A stretch of 31,561 nucleotides of DNA from a bacterium (GCA_046758365.1 JBHIAC010000024.1:1-31561), one strand, 5' to 3'. Positions 1 through 9,751 are shown, counted from the stretch's first letter. Translations and numbers: made by a program. Notes: generated from the letters alone by a model not told the origin.

Positions 1-17
1 AATTACATAATTGCTTT

Positions 18-115
18 AAATGCAAATCTCAAAATGAAAAACGAAAATTGCAAAACATAGGCTGCTCCGATAAATCATTTTGCATTTGGCACTTTGCAAT
101 TTTAATTTTGAATTT
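18..115. repeat. Inverted pair of degenerate 7-bp tandem arrays (imperfect ~98-nt hairpin)
   Basis: Left arm AAATGCA AATCTCA AAATGAA AAACGAA AATTGCA (18-52). Right arm TGCATTT GGCACTT TGCAATT TTAATTT TGAATTT (81-115) is its approximate reverse complement. Loop 56-77. Confidence 0.7.
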
Positions 116-129
116 TTTTCTTAATCATT

Positions 130-158
130 TTGTCTACCATTACTTTGTCTTTTAAAAT
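130..158 (+). promoter_or_regulatory. Candidate sigma70-type promoter
   Basis: TTGTCT (130-135), 17-nt spacer, TAAAAT (153-158). Predicted start ~163-167, immediately before the structured region. The AT-rich background makes chance matches possible. Confidence 0.4.
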
Positions 159-166
159 CTTTGCCC

Positions 167-362
167 ATTGTGCAACGATTTTATTGTTAAGGTCCTAATG
201 AAACCCAACGGATAAAAGCCCAACTCTGATTGTACGAATTGGTTACCGGTACTGTGCAATGAGATGCCTTTGGACGATGGGGTATTTGAAAATAATTTTC
301 AAAATATCTATTGGCCGTATTAATCCGTTGGGAAATATTTTAGTAATAATTTTTCTTGCAAA
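167..362 (+). ncRNA. Candidate orphan structured RNA (family not recognised)
   Basis: Nested helices 171-175/356-360, 181-193/337-349, 204-213/323-332 (perfect CCCAACGGAT/ATCCGTTGGG) and 220-223/311-314, plus two internal hairpins. The wobble pairs work only on the plus strand. Confidence 0.4.
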
Positions 363-409
363 AAAAACAAAAATTTGATTGATACTACTATATTTGGGTT
401 TATGACAAT

Positions 410-442
410 AAAAAAGCCGACTGCGAAATTGAAACAATCGGC
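410..442 (-). terminator. Intrinsic terminator of the ribosomal superoperon
   Basis: Minus-strand RNA GCCGAUUG-(11 nt loop)-CAGUCGGC followed by UUUUUUAUU, 45 nt after the rplQ stop. Confidence 0.85.
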
Positions 443-486
443 CCTTAATTTTTAATTTCTTCTAAAAGCTCATGGGAGCAATAAAT

Positions 487-930
487 TTATTCCTCTTTTT
501 GCTTCTCTTCTTTTTTCTTTGCCTTGCTAGCCTTTTCTTCTTCACGGGCTTTTTGTTTTTCTATCTGAACACCTTCATATCCCACAAGTTCTAAAAGAGC
601 CATCTCAGCACCATCACCTCGCCGACGACCAAGTTTAATGACTCTAGTATATCCACCATTGCGATTCTCATAGTTAGGAGCTATTTCATCAAAAAGAGTT
701 TTAACTACTTTTCTATCTTTTATAGTTCTTAGAACTTGTCGCCGGTCTGCTAAAGTACCCCGCTTGGCAAAAGTAATAAGTCGTTCAACTGATCTTCTTA
801 CCGCTTTAGCTTTAGCGGTAGTAGTTTGAATTTGTTTATGTTCAATCAGTGAAGCTGCTATATTCGAAAATAGGGCCTTTCTGTGAGCTGTTGTTCTATT
901 TAATTTTCTACCAATTTTTCTATGTCGCAT
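487..930 (-). CDS. rplQ: 50S ribosomal protein bL17 (charged C-terminal tail)
   Basis: MRHRKIGRKLNRT..HRKAL, TT.AKAK, GGYTRVIK..RRGDGAEMA motifs; follows rpoA. Confidence 0.99.
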   Translation of the reverse strand: MRHRKIGRKLNRTTAHRKALFSNIAASLIEHKQIQTTTAKAKAVRRSVERLITFAKRGTLADRRQVLRTIKDRKVVKTLFDEIAPNYENRNGGYTRVIKLGRRRGDGAEMALLELVGYEGVQIEKQKAREEEKASKAKKKEEKQKEE

Positions 931-946
931 TTGTTATTTTCCCATA

Positions 947-1933
947 TCATTCGTTTTCACCTACCAGATATTTGGCGGCATCCATGCCAAAGTGAAGTCC
1001 TTTTTCTTCTAATATCTTATTTAATTCTTGTAAGGATTTTCTTCCAAAATTTCTAAACTTCAGCATTTCTTGCTCATCACGTTTAACGAGATCCCCGATA
1101 TTCTTAATATTGGCAGCCATAAGGCAGTTATAAGAACGGACAGAGAGTTCTAATTCATCAACGGGCATTTTCAGCAATTTTCTAATTTGTAAAGCTTCTT
1201 CATCTACTTCAACTGGTTCCTCTTCTTCAGGTTCAATATCAAAATTTATAAAAAGCTGAATATGGTCTTTTAAAATTTTTGCAGCATAAGTTAAAGCATC
1301 ATCTGGGGTAATACTACCATCTGTTTCAACTTCCATAATGAGTCTTTCGTAATCAGTCCTGTGTCCCAACCTTGTATTTTCAACATGGTAGGAGACTTTT
1401 TTAACTGGGGTGTAAATAGAATCAATAGGAATGGCACCGATAGGTTGATCTGGCTGTTTATTTTCTTCGGCAGGCACATAGCTATGTCCACGAGAAATTC
1501 GAAACTCAATATCAAAATCTGCATCTTCATTCAGGGTTGCAATATGCTTGTCGGGATTAAGTATTTCAAATTCGGTATTTCCATTTTGGATATCTTTAGC
1601 CTTAAATTCTCCGGGCCCTTTGAGATGAATATTAACTTTTTCAGGACGCTTACTGAGCAGTTTAAATCGCACTTCTTTTAAGTTCAAAATCATTTCTGCA
1701 ACATCCTCTACAACGCCAGGAATGTTGGAAAATTCATGTAATACGCCATCAACTCGAATCATAGAAATAGCAGCCCCTGGTAAAGATGAAAGGAGCACCC
1801 TACGAAGTGCATTTCCAATAGTGACCCCAAAACCTCTCTCTAATGGCTGTATTATAAATCTCCCTAAAGTATTGGAATAGGTGGATTCATCTAATTCAAT
1901 CCCTTCTGGCATTTGTAAATTTGGCCAATTCAT
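947..1933 (-). CDS. rpoA: RNA polymerase alpha subunit
   Basis: PLERGFGVTIGNALRRVLLSS, LELSVRSYNCL, NFGRKSL. Confidence 0.99.
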   Translation of the reverse strand: MNWPNLQMPEGIELDESTYSNTLGRFIIQPLERGFGVTIGNALRRVLLSSLPGAAISMIRVDGVLHEFSNIPGVVEDVAEMILNLKEVRFKLLSKRPEKVNIHLKGPGEFKAKDIQNGNTEFEILNPDKHIATLNEDADFDIEFRISRGHSYVPAEENKQPDQPIGAIPIDSIYTPVKKVSYHVENTRLGHRTDYERLIMEVETDGSITPDDALTYAAKILKDHIQLFINFDIEPEEEEPVEVDEEALQIRKLLKMPVDELELSVRSYNCLMAANIKNIGDLVKRDEQEMLKFRNFGRKSLQELNKILEEKGLHFGMDAAKYLVGENE

Positions 1934-1966
1934 ATCACTTATTCTCCGAATTATCTAACAAATTTT

Positions 1967-2596
1967 TTACTTTGAATAGAGTTCTACTATTAATGATTCA
2001 TTAACATCTAAAGGAATATCTGCTCTAGAGGGGATATTCAGCAACCTGCCTTTCAGGCCAGCTTTATCAAGCTCAAGCCAAGGCATGAGTCGTCCTTCAC
2101 GAATCTTTCGCATGGAAGCATGAATTATTTCTAGTTTTTTACTTTTATCTTTTACTTTTACTACATCCCCCGCCTTTAAAATATATGAAGGAATATCCAC
2201 CAAATGGTCATTAATTAAAAAATGACTATGACGTACAAGTTGTCGAGCGGCTTTACGAGAGGGCGCAAATCCCAATCGATATATCACATTATCCAAACGT
2301 CGTTCTAAAATCTGTAAAAGATTTTCGCTAGTAATGCCTTTTTGACGCTCTGCCTTAGCAAAATAGCTCCGAAATTGAGATTCCATTAAACCGTACATCC
2401 GGCGAACTTTTTGCTTCTCACGTAATTGAATTCCATAGTCAGACTGCTTAAATCGTCGTCTAGTTCCATGTTGTCCAGGTGGGTAGTTTCTTTTTTCGAC
2501 GGGACATTTTGGAGAAGTGCATTTTAAACCTTTTAAAAATAGCTTTTGTTCTTCTCTTCTACATAACTTACAAACTGGTCCTAAATATCTTGCCAT
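1967..2596 (-). CDS. rpsD: 30S ribosomal protein uS4 (Cys-containing form)
   Basis: [36 protein letters not shown]. Confidence 0.99.
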   Translation of the reverse strand: MARYLGPVCKLCRREEQKLFLKGLKCTSPKCPVEKRNYPPGQHGTRRRFKQSDYGIQLREKQKVRRMYGLMESQFRSYFAKAERQKGITSENLLQILERRLDNVIYRLGFAPSRKAARQLVRHSHFLINDHLVDIPSYILKAGDVVKVKDKSKKLEIIHASMRKIREGRLMPWLELDKAGLKGRLLNIPSRADIPLDVNESLIVELYSK

Positions 2597-2629
2597 TTAT
2601 TTAAATTTCCTCCGCAAATTTAACAATAA

Positions 2630-3019
2630 TTAGACTCGTCGTCTTTTAGGCGGTCTGCAGCCATTGTGAGGAATCGGTGTGACATCTTTAATAGCTGTAA
2701 TTTCTAATCCGGCAGCTTGCAAAGACCTAACAGCAGACTCTCTTCCAGCCCCGGGGCCTTTGATGAGCACTTCTACTCTCTGAAGACCTAATTCCATCGC
2801 TTCTTTTGCTGCGGATTCTGCCGCTAATTGGGCTGCAAAAGGTGTACTTTTTCTAGACCCTTTAAATCCAATTTTTCCAGCAGAAGCCCATGAAATTACA
2901 TTGCCGTATTGGTCGGTTAGTGAAACAATCGTATTATTGAATGTAGCTTTAATATGAGCCACGCCATTAGACTCTACTTTTTCTTTCTTTTTGCTCTTAG
3001 GTTTTTTAGGTGACGCCAT
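2630..3019 (-). CDS. rpsK: 30S ribosomal protein uS11
   Basis: [37 protein letters not shown]. Confidence 0.99.
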   Translation of the reverse strand: MASPKKPKSKKKEKVESNGVAHIKATFNNTIVSLTDQYGNVISWASAGKIGFKGSRKSTPFAAQLAAESAAKEAMELGLQRVEVLIKGPGAGRESAVRSLQAAGLEITAIKDVTPIPHNGCRPPKRRRV

Positions 3020-3061
3020 TAAATTAATCCTCTTTGTTTTTGCTTATATGATTTCAATCTC

Positions 3062-3430
3062 TTATTTCTTTTTTCCACCTATTATGGTTCTTCTTCCCCG
3101 CCGAGTACGGGCATTGGTGTGTGTCCGTTGTCCATGAACAGGCAGCCCTCGGCGATGTCGTAATCCGCGGTAACAACCGATGTCCATGAGTCTCTTAATA
3201 TTCATTGTTACTTCCGTTCGTAATGAACCTTCAACCTTATAATCATTTGAAATGATGTTTCGAATCTTTGAAACCTGCTCACTAGATAAATCCTTTACAC
3301 GGATGTCAGAATTCACTCCAGCCTTTTCAAGAATCTTCTTGGCACTCGAAACACCTATGCCATAGATATAAGTTAATCCAAAATCAACTCGTTTTTCTTT
3401 TGGTAAATCAACCCCAGCAATTCTAGCCAA
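3062..3430 (-). CDS. rpsM: 30S ribosomal protein uS13
   Basis: [36 protein letters not shown] start with AAGGAGG SD. Confidence 0.99.
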   Translation of the reverse strand: MARIAGVDLPKEKRVDFGLTYIYGIGVSSAKKILEKAGVNSDIRVKDLSSEQVSKIRNIISNDYKVEGSLRTEVTMNIKRLMDIGCYRGLRHRRGLPVHGQRTHTNARTRRGRRTIIGGKKK

Positions 3431-3472
3431 CGCTAACCTCCTTAAAATATTTTTACGCCGGTTGATACAAAA

Positions 3473-3586
3473 TCAGCCCTGGCGTTGCTTATGACGTGGA
3501 TTTTTACAAATTACAATTACTCGACCTTTTCTTCGAATTATTTTGCAATTGTCACAAATGCGTTTCAATGATGACCTTACTTTCAT
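3473..3586 (-). CDS. rpmJ: 50S ribosomal protein bL36 (zinc-ribbon form, 37 aa; not in ORF track)
   Basis: Hand translation [44 protein letters not shown] overlaps the infA stop. Confidence 0.98.
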   Translation of the reverse strand: MKVRSSLKRICDNCKIIRRKGRVIVICKNPRHKQRQG

Positions 3587-3595
3587 TAATATTCC

Positions 3596-3814
3596 TCACT
3601 TATATCGATATACTATCCTTCCCCTACTTAAATCGTAAGGTGAAAGTTCAAGCGTTACTTTGTCGCCTGGCAGAATTTTAATAAAATGCATCCGCATCTT
3701 ACCTGAGATATGAGCCAAAACCTTATGCCCATTTTCTAATTCCACCCGAAAGGTTGCATTGGGCAAAGTTTCAATGATGGTTCCATCTACTTTTATTGGT
3801 TCTTCTTTGGCCAT
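3596..3814 (-). CDS. infA: Translation initiation factor IF-1
   Basis: [31 protein letters not shown]. Confidence 0.99.
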   Translation of the reverse strand: MAKEEPIKVDGTIIETLPNATFRVELENGHKVLAHISGKMRMHFIKILPGDKVTLELSPYDLSRGRIVYRYK

Positions 3815-3820
3815 AAACCG

Positions 3821-4570
3821 TTACAAATTTTTAGTTAATATTTCTGGTTCACCATTCGTTACCACAACCGTGTGTTCAAAATGGGCAGAAGGTAAGCCAT
3901 CAGCAGTTACGACAGTCCATTGGTCCAAGGCTGTTTTAACCTTATATTTGCCCATATTCACCATGGGTTCAATTGCTAAAACCATACCTGAACGTAATCG
4001 AGGCCCTGTATTAGGTGCCCCATAATTTGGAATTTGTGGATCCTCGTGAAGCTTACGACCAATGCCATGTCCCACCAAATCCCTAACTATTGAAAAATTA
4101 GCAGATTCAACCACTGTCTGAATTGCATGAGAGATATCTGAGAGGCGCTTACCAACTCTGGCTTGTTTCACCCCAATATTCAAAGCCTCTAAGGTGATCC
4201 TCATTAAGCGTTTTTTTTCTTGCGAGATTTCACCAACGGCATAGGTTTTCGCTCCATCTCCAAAAAATCTTTCGCACTCAACCCCAATATCAACACTAAC
4301 GATTTCTCCTTCCTTGAGGACTCTTTTACCAGGAATACCATGCACAACTTCATTTTCAACTGAAATACAAGAACTTGCAGGGAAACCTCGATACCCTTTA
4401 AAAGCAGGTCTTGCACCTTTAGAATCAATGAACTTTTCTACTGCTTTATCGATAATTTTTGTTTCAATTCCGGGTTTAATTAAATTTTCAACAATTTCAA
4501 ATGTCTCTACAACAATTTGACAACTATTTCGAATTAACTCAATTTCTCTTCTGCTACGTATATGAATCAT
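3821..4570 (-). CDS. map: Methionine aminopeptidase type I
   Basis: CISVENEVVHGIP, GHGIGRKLHEDP, AIEPM, SAHFEHT. Confidence 0.98.
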   Translation of the reverse strand: MIHIRSRREIELIRNSCQIVVETFEIVENLIKPGIETKIIDKAVEKFIDSKGARPAFKGYRGFPASSCISVENEVVHGIPGKRVLKEGEIVSVDIGVECERFFGDGAKTYAVGEISQEKKRLMRITLEALNIGVKQARVGKRLSDISHAIQTVVESANFSIVRDLVGHGIGRKLHEDPQIPNYGAPNTGPRLRSGMVLAIEPMVNMGKYKVKTALDQWTVVTADGLPSAHFEHTVVVTNGEPEILTKNL

Positions 4571-4625
4571 CTGTATTTAAGATTACACCAGCTCAATCAT
4601 CTATTCTTACAGTAATCCCAATATC

Positions 4626-5963
4626 TTAAAATCTGCGTCTTCCCCGGATCTTTCCGCTGCCTTTCATAAATCCATCATAATGGCGCATAAGCAAATGGGA
4701 TTCCAATTGTTGCAGGGTATCCAAAGCAACTCCTACTACTATTAAAAGTGATGTACCCCCATAAAAGGAAGCAAAAGTGAATGAAACATTAACAAACCTT
4801 GTAATTATATATGGAAATATAGCTATTACCGCCAAACAAATGGATCCCGGAAGAGTAATTTTCGTTAATATGTTATCTATGAACTCAGCGGTTCTTTTAC
4901 CAGGTCTTACACCGGGGATAAATCCACCATATTTTTTCATATTATCCGCTACATCAACGGGATTAAAAGCTATTGCTGTATAAAAATAGGTAAAAAAAAC
5001 AATTAAAATCCCATAAATAATCCAATACATCAATGATTGAAAATCAAACCACCGTGCAATCACGTTCATAAATTCACTATTTGGAAAAAAGGTCAAGACG
5101 GTTTGGGGTACAAACATAATTGATTGAGCAAATATAATAGGCATCACCCCGGCCGTGTTTACGCGCAATGGAATGTGAGTACTTTGACCTCCGTAAATTT
5201 TTCTTCCAATAACTCGTTTGGCGTATTGAACTGGAATTTTCCGTGTTCCTTGCGTTAAAGCAACAACAGCAGCCACAGTAATAACCATAAGTCCCAATAA
5301 AAACACTTCGGTTAATATAGCCCTATTTTTAGCCGCAATTTGCTGGTACTCATCTAATATGGCATTTGGAAATGTTGCAATAATTCCAATAAATATAATC
5401 AAAGAAATACCATTACCAATCCCACGTTCTGTAATTTGTTCTCCGAGCCACATAATCAATATAGTTCCAGCCGTTAGCGTAATCATCGTAAGAAGTCTAA
5501 ATCCCCAACCTGGATCAGGAACTACAAGAAGGCCAGTATTTGTGCGAATGCTTTCCAAAAACACGCCTACACCATAAGCTTGCATGCTTGAAATCAAAAC
5601 CGTACCGTATCGTGTATATTGAGTAATCTTTTTTCTTCCCTCTTCTCCCTCTTTTTGGAGTTTCTGAAAATAAGGCACCACAGCTCCCAAAAGTTGAATT
5701 ATAATGGAAGCAGAAATATAAGGCATAATACCCAGAGCAAAAACCGTAGCTCTTCTAAAGGCTCCACCTGCAAATAAATCATAAAGCCCTAATAGTCCGC
5801 CTCCCTGTTGAGCTTCAGAAAAAAATGCAAGTAAAGCCTCACTATTAATTCCCGGAATAGGGACATGGCCTCCAATTCGATAAACCACAAGAATTAATAG
5901 TGTAAAAATTATTCTCTGCTTTAATTCAGGGATTTTAAATATGCTTTGAAAGCTCTTAATCAT
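4626..5963 (-). CDS. secY: Preprotein translocase subunit SecY
   Basis: LGIMPYISASII, GIGNGISLIIF, GVMPIIFAQS, GGTSLLIVVGV; ATGA overlap with rplO. Confidence 0.99.
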   Translation of the reverse strand: MIKSFQSIFKIPELKQRIIFTLLILVVYRIGGHVPIPGINSEALLAFFSEAQQGGGLLGLYDLFAGGAFRRATVFALGIMPYISASIIIQLLGAVVPYFQKLQKEGEEGRKKITQYTRYGTVLISSMQAYGVGVFLESIRTNTGLLVVPDPGWGFRLLTMITLTAGTILIMWLGEQITERGIGNGISLIIFIGIIATFPNAILDEYQQIAAKNRAILTEVFLLGLMVITVAAVVALTQGTRKIPVQYAKRVIGRKIYGGQSTHIPLRVNTAGVMPIIFAQSIMFVPQTVLTFFPNSEFMNVIARWFDFQSLMYWIIYGILIVFFTYFYTAIAFNPVDVADNMKKYGGFIPGVRPGKRTAEFIDNILTKITLPGSICLAVIAIFPYIITRFVNVSFTFASFYGGTSLLIVVGVALDTLQQLESHLLMRHYDGFMKGSGKIRGRRRF

Positions 5964-6400
5964 ATTACTATTGCCTTTCCGCCAATTTTCTCAATTTTCT
6001 CTTTCGCCGAAGCGCTAAAGGCGTGGGCAGAAATCTCTATAACTTTGTTCAAATCTCCGACACCTAAAATCTTCACTGGAATATTCTTCTTGCTAATCAG
6101 TCCAGAGTCATAAAGGATTTCTGGAGTAACTTCCTTAACTCTTTTTAATCTATCCAAATCTTTTAGATTTACAATTTGAAATTCTTTTTTAAATATATTA
6201 GTAAAACCACGTTTAGGAAGCCGCCTTTGTAAAGGCATTTGTCCACCTTCAAACCAAGGCCGTCTTTTTGATCCTGATCGAGATCTTTGGCCTTTATGCC
6301 CTCTACCAGCGGTACCGCCGTAACCTGAACCTTGGCCTCTGCCAATCCTCTTTTTCTTTCGATTAGAACCAGGCGCGTATTTTAAACTTCCTAATTCCAT
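5960..6400 (-). CDS. rplO: 50S ribosomal protein uL15
   Basis: GRGHKGQRSRSG, FEGGQMPLQRRLPKRGF. Confidence 0.99.
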   Translation of the reverse strand: MELGSLKYAPGSNRKKKRIGRGQGSGYGGTAGRGHKGQRSRSGSKRRPWFEGGQMPLQRRLPKRGFTNIFKKEFQIVNLKDLDRLKRVKEVTPEILYDSGLISKKNIPVKILGVGDLNKVIEISAHAFSASAKEKIEKIGGKAIVI

Positions 6401-6409
6401 AATAATAAT

Positions 6410-6598
6410 TTAAACTATTTCTACTGTAACAAGATGATTTACTTTTGTTATCATACCTCGTATTTGGGGTGTATCATTATGAATGACGGTATGATGAAGC
6501 CTTTTAAGACCTAATGCTTCAATGGTTCTTTTTTGCTTATAATTCCGACCAATAATACTTTTTATTAGGGTAATTTTTATACGCTTATTTTTTGCCAT
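6410..6598 (-). CDS. rpmD: 50S ribosomal protein uL30
   Basis: ITLIKSIIG, ALGL, TPQIRGMI; lies between rpsE and rplO. Confidence 0.97.
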   Translation of the reverse strand: MAKNKRIKITLIKSIIGRNYKQKRTIEALGLKRLHHTVIHNDTPQIRGMITKVNHLVTVEIV

Positions 6599-6619
6599 AT
6601 CAATTACCAGATATAATTT

Positions 6620-7138
6620 TTAAATCGTAGTCTTATTAAAAACTTCTGAGATTGATAAACCACGCTGCCGTGCAATGACAGGAAGCTCCATAATATTCGA
6701 AAGCGCTCGCATAGATGCCTTGACAATATTGTGGGGATTAGAGGAACCGATAGATTTAGTTAATATATCTTGAATCCCCACCGCTTCAATAATGGCTCTT
6801 ACCGCTCCACCTGCAATAACCCCCGTTCCAGGCGAAGCTGGTTTTAAAAATACTTTACCGGCTCCATATTTGCCTTTAATTTCATGAGGAATTGTTCCGT
6901 TAATAATTGGTACTCTAATTAAATTTTTCTTAGCGTTTTCAGAACCCTTTGAAATAGCATCCGTGACTTCGTTCGCCTTTCCCAGTCCCACGCCAACATG
7001 TCCATTCCCGTCCCCAACGACTACGATAGCGTTAAAACTAAAACGTCGTCCCCCTTTTACAACTTTCGCAACACGATTTATATGAATAACACGCTCTTTA
7101 AGATCTAGTTCACTCGGACTAATTTTAACCGTTCTCAT
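6620..7138 (-). CDS. rpsE: 30S ribosomal protein uS5
   Basis: [31 protein letters not shown] at 7138 preferred on SD spacing; TTG at 7141 is an alternative. Confidence 0.98.
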   Translation of the reverse strand: MRTVKISPSELDLKERVIHINRVAKVVKGGRRFSFNAIVVVGDGNGHVGVGLGKANEVTDAISKGSENAKKNLIRVPIINGTIPHEIKGKYGAGKVFLKPASPGTGVIAGGAVRAIIEAVGIQDILTKSIGSSNPHNIVKASMRALSNIMELPVIARQRGLSISEVFNKTTI

Positions 7139-7182
7139 CAATTAAACCCCAGATTATAATAGAATATTTATAGTAATTTAGT

Positions 7183-7557
7183 TTAAAATTCAAGTCCATT
7201 TTCACGAGCTCCTTCAGCCAACGCCTTAACACGGCCGTGATACAAATATCCACTCCGGTCAAATACTACAGTTTTAATTTTCATAGATTTAGCTTTTTCG
7301 GCAATTTTTTTACCTACCAAATTAGCTACCGTGATTTTACCTTTTGCTTTAGATAGTTCAGTTTTTAAATCTGGTGAAAGAGTTGAAACTCCTGTTAAAG
7401 TTCGCTGATTCACATCGTCAATAAGTTGAGCATAAATATTTTTAGTACTACGAAATACAGCTAAACGCGGCCTTTCAGCAGTTCCTGTAATATGCTTTTT
7501 TATATGTAACTTTTTCCGCTCTCTTTTCATTCTTTTGTTTTTATTTTTATCAGTCAT
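7183..7557 (-). CDS. rplR: 50S ribosomal protein uL18
   Basis: [27 protein letters not shown]. Start trimmed to ATG 7557 (SD AAGGA). Confidence 0.98.
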   Translation of the reverse strand: MTDKNKNKRMKRERKKLHIKKHITGTAERPRLAVFRSTKNIYAQLIDDVNQRTLTGVSTLSPDLKTELSKAKGKITVANLVGKKIAEKAKSMKIKTVVFDRSGYLYHGRVKALAEGARENGLEF

Positions 7558-7586
7558 TTTACTTTCCTTAAATTTAAGCAATGAAT

Positions 7587-8123
7587 TTAGGCTGCAGTTT
7601 TACCAGCCTTTCTTCGTATATACTCATCAATATATTTAATTCCTTTCCCCTTGTATGGCTCGGGTGACTTAAAAGAGCGAATTTTTGCAGTTACTTGACC
7701 AACTAATTCTTTATCAATACCCCGCACAGTAATATTTGTAGGGTCTTCTATAATTATTTCAATTCCTTCGGGAGGAACGAACACAATTGAATGAGAAAAT
7801 CCCAGTTGCAAGTTCAAACGATTATTTTTTAATTCACCCTTATAGCCAATCCCAACAATTTCAAGCTTTTTTTCAAATCCTTTAGTAACACCTTCAACCA
7901 TATTATTAAGAAGAGTACGATATAGTCCGTGAAGAGATTTGTAATACTTACTATCATTAGGACGAGATACGTGCATTTGATTCTCTTTAATGGTTACTTT
8001 AAATTCGGGATTTATTTCCCTGGACAGACTGCCTTTAGGCCCTTTAACCACAACAGAATGATCACTAACACTCACCTCAACGCCTTTAGGCAATTCAATA
8101 GGTTTATACCCAACACGTGACAC
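7587..8123 (-). CDS. rplF: 50S ribosomal protein uL6
   Basis: [24 protein letters not shown] start with AAGGAG SD. Confidence 0.99.
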   Translation of the reverse strand: MSRVGYKPIELPKGVEVSVSDHSVVVKGPKGSLSREINPEFKVTIKENQMHVSRPNDSKYYKSLHGLYRTLLNNMVEGVTKGFEKKLEIVGIGYKGELKNNRLNLQLGFSHSIVFVPPEGIEIIIEDPTNITVRGIDKELVGQVTAKIRSFKSPEPYKGKGIKYIDEYIRRKAGKTAA

Positions 8124-8146
8124 TTACTTCTCCTTAACTTTAAATT

Positions 8147-8545
8147 TCACCAAATAAAACAGAGAACTTCTCCCCCAACTTTTAACTTACGAGCGTCTCT
8201 ATCAGAAATAACCCCATTAGAAGTCGATAAAATAGCAATTCCAAAGTTGTTATAAACTCTTGGTATATCTTTAATTCCAACATATTTTCTCAGACCCGGG
8301 GTACTGATTCTCTTTAATCCGTGAATAACACTATTATCCTCTTCATCATATTTTAAATAAATCCGAATAATCCCACTTTTCTTATCATCTATCAGTATAT
8401 AATTTTGAATATAACCATATTCTTTAAGTATTCTCGTCATTTTTCTTTTTATATTTGAAGTGGGTATATCTACTTTATTATGCTTAGCCCTGTTTGCATT
8501 TCTAATTCTTGTTAAATAATCTGCTATTGGATCAGTCATACTCAT
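8147..8545 (-). CDS. rpsH: 30S ribosomal protein uS8
   Basis: MSMTDPIADYLTRIRNA, ISTPGLR, GGEVL. Start trimmed to ATG 8545 (SD GAGGTG). Confidence 0.98.
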   Translation of the reverse strand: MSMTDPIADYLTRIRNANRAKHNKVDIPTSNIKRKMTRILKEYGYIQNYILIDDKKSGIIRIYLKYDEEDNSVIHGLKRISTPGLRKYVGIKDIPRVYNNFGIAILSTSNGVISDRDARKLKVGGEVLCFIW

Positions 8546-8565
8546 TTTACATTCACCTCTAAAAA

Positions 8566-8751
8566 TTACCAACTTGCTTTCGTGACCCCGGGTATTTTAC
8601 CCTCTAAGGCCAATTCACGAAAACAAATCCTACACAAACCAAATTTTCTCAAATACCCTCTCGACCTACCGCAGCGTAAACATCGATTATATTTACGTAC
8701 TACAAATTTGGGTTCTCTTTTTTGTTTTGCAATTAAAGATTTTTTTGCCAC
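8566..8751 (-). CDS. rpsN: 30S ribosomal protein uS14, short zinc-binding (type Z) form
   Basis: 61 aa, RCLRCGR...[20 protein letters not shown] start. Confidence 0.98.
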   Translation of the reverse strand: MAKKSLIAKQKREPKFVVRKYNRCLRCGRSRGYLRKFGLCRICFRELALEGKIPGVTKASW

Positions 8752-8772
8752 AATTTTTCCTCAAGAGTATAT

Positions 8773-9330
8773 TTAACTTTTTCTTCTGAAAGGCATGCCA
8801 AATGCCAAAAGCAGTTCATAAGCTTCCTCATCCGTTTTAGCCGTGGTAACAATAGTTACATCCATGCCACGTATGCGATCCACTTTATCATAATTAATTT
8901 CAGGGAATATTATCTGTTCTCGTACCCCCATAGAAAAGTTCCCCCGCCCATCAAAGGAACGATCTGAAAGGCCTCGGAAATCTCTAACCCTAGGAATTGC
9001 GAGATTGATAAATCTATCCAAAAACTCATACATTCGCCAGCGTCGCAATGTAACCTTACAACCAATCTGCCTCCCGTCTCTTAGCTTAAAATTTGAAATT
9101 GATTTTTTTGCAATGGTTACTACTGGCCTTTGGCCGGTGATAACCTCTAAGTCTTCCATGGCACGATCCAGCAATTTAGAGTCTTCAATGGCCTCGCCAA
9201 CCCCCATATTTACAACTATTTTTTCGACCAGGGGCACTTCCATTATATTGCGATAACTAAAGCGCTTCATTAAAGATGGTACAATTTTCTCTTTGTACTC
9301 AGTTAAAAGTCTCGGTATATATTTAGCCAT
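8773..9330 (-). CDS. rplE: 50S ribosomal protein uL5
   Basis: [32 protein letters not shown]. Confidence 0.99.
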   Translation of the reverse strand: MAKYIPRLLTEYKEKIVPSLMKRFSYRNIMEVPLVEKIVVNMGVGEAIEDSKLLDRAMEDLEVITGQRPVVTIAKKSISNFKLRDGRQIGCKVTLRRWRMYEFLDRFINLAIPRVRDFRGLSDRSFDGRGNFSMGVREQIIFPEINYDKVDRIRGMDVTIVTTAKTDEEAYELLLAFGMPFRRKS

Positions 9331-9391
9331 CTTTATCTTTCAAAATAAATCAATATATTTTCATTACATCCATTCTTTAAATAAGTTTTCA

Positions 9392-9727
9392 CTAGGAACG
9401 AACCTGAATCATTTCATTGCAATTCTTACAAACTCGAGCTTTTCTTCTAGATTCTTTTCCCTCTGTACCAAAAAATTCGTGTCGAACCCGAGTTGGTTCA
9501 TTGCATTTAGAACAAATCAACATGACATTAGAAGCGTGAATTGAGGCTTCTTTTCGAATAATCCCTCCTTGAGGTAATTGTGTGGATGGACGCATGTGCC
9601 GTTTGATAAAATTCACGCCTTCAACAATCACTCTATCTTGTTTAGGAAAAACTTTAAGTACCCGTCCTTTCTTGCCTCTATATACTCCAGAAATAACTAA
9701 AACCTGATCTTCTTGTCTGACTTGCAT
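9392..9727 (-). CDS. rplX: 50S ribosomal protein uL24
   Basis: KOW-like [24 protein letters not shown]; two CxxC motifs. Confidence 0.97.
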   Translation of the reverse strand: MQVRQEDQVLVISGVYRGKKGRVLKVFPKQDRVIVEGVNFIKRHMRPSTQLPQGGIIRKEASIHASNVMLICSKCNEPTRVRHEFFGTEGKESRRKARVCKNCNEMIQVRS

Positions 9728-9751
9728 GAATATTTACTCCTTTAAGAAATA

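Noticed and set aside
189..225. Twister- or hammerhead-like words (GGTCCTAA, TAATGAA, GGATAAAAG, CTGAT, GAAAC)
   Set aside because: Their order and pairing do not fit the twister core, and the hammerhead CUGANGA box is absent (CUGAUUG).
243..437. 64-aa minus-strand ORF downstream of rplQ
   Set aside because: It starts at a TTG inside the terminator stem, has no SD and no recognisable motif, and runs through the U-tract.
487..580. Charged C-terminal tail of bL17
   Set aside because: Low-complexity bL17 tails are widespread, including in FCB bacteria.
1291..1530. Same-strand alternative-frame ORFs within rpoA, map (4204-4428) and rpoC (21343-21543)
   Set aside because: They are short and the host genes are intact, so there is no sign of frameshifting or overprinting.
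4571..4625. Absence of adk between secY and map
   Set aside because: This is a common gene order in several phyla and not novel.
8566..9727. Cys-rich forms of uS14, uL24 (and uS4, bL33, bL36)
   Set aside because: These are known zinc-binding variants that are ordinary in many lineages.
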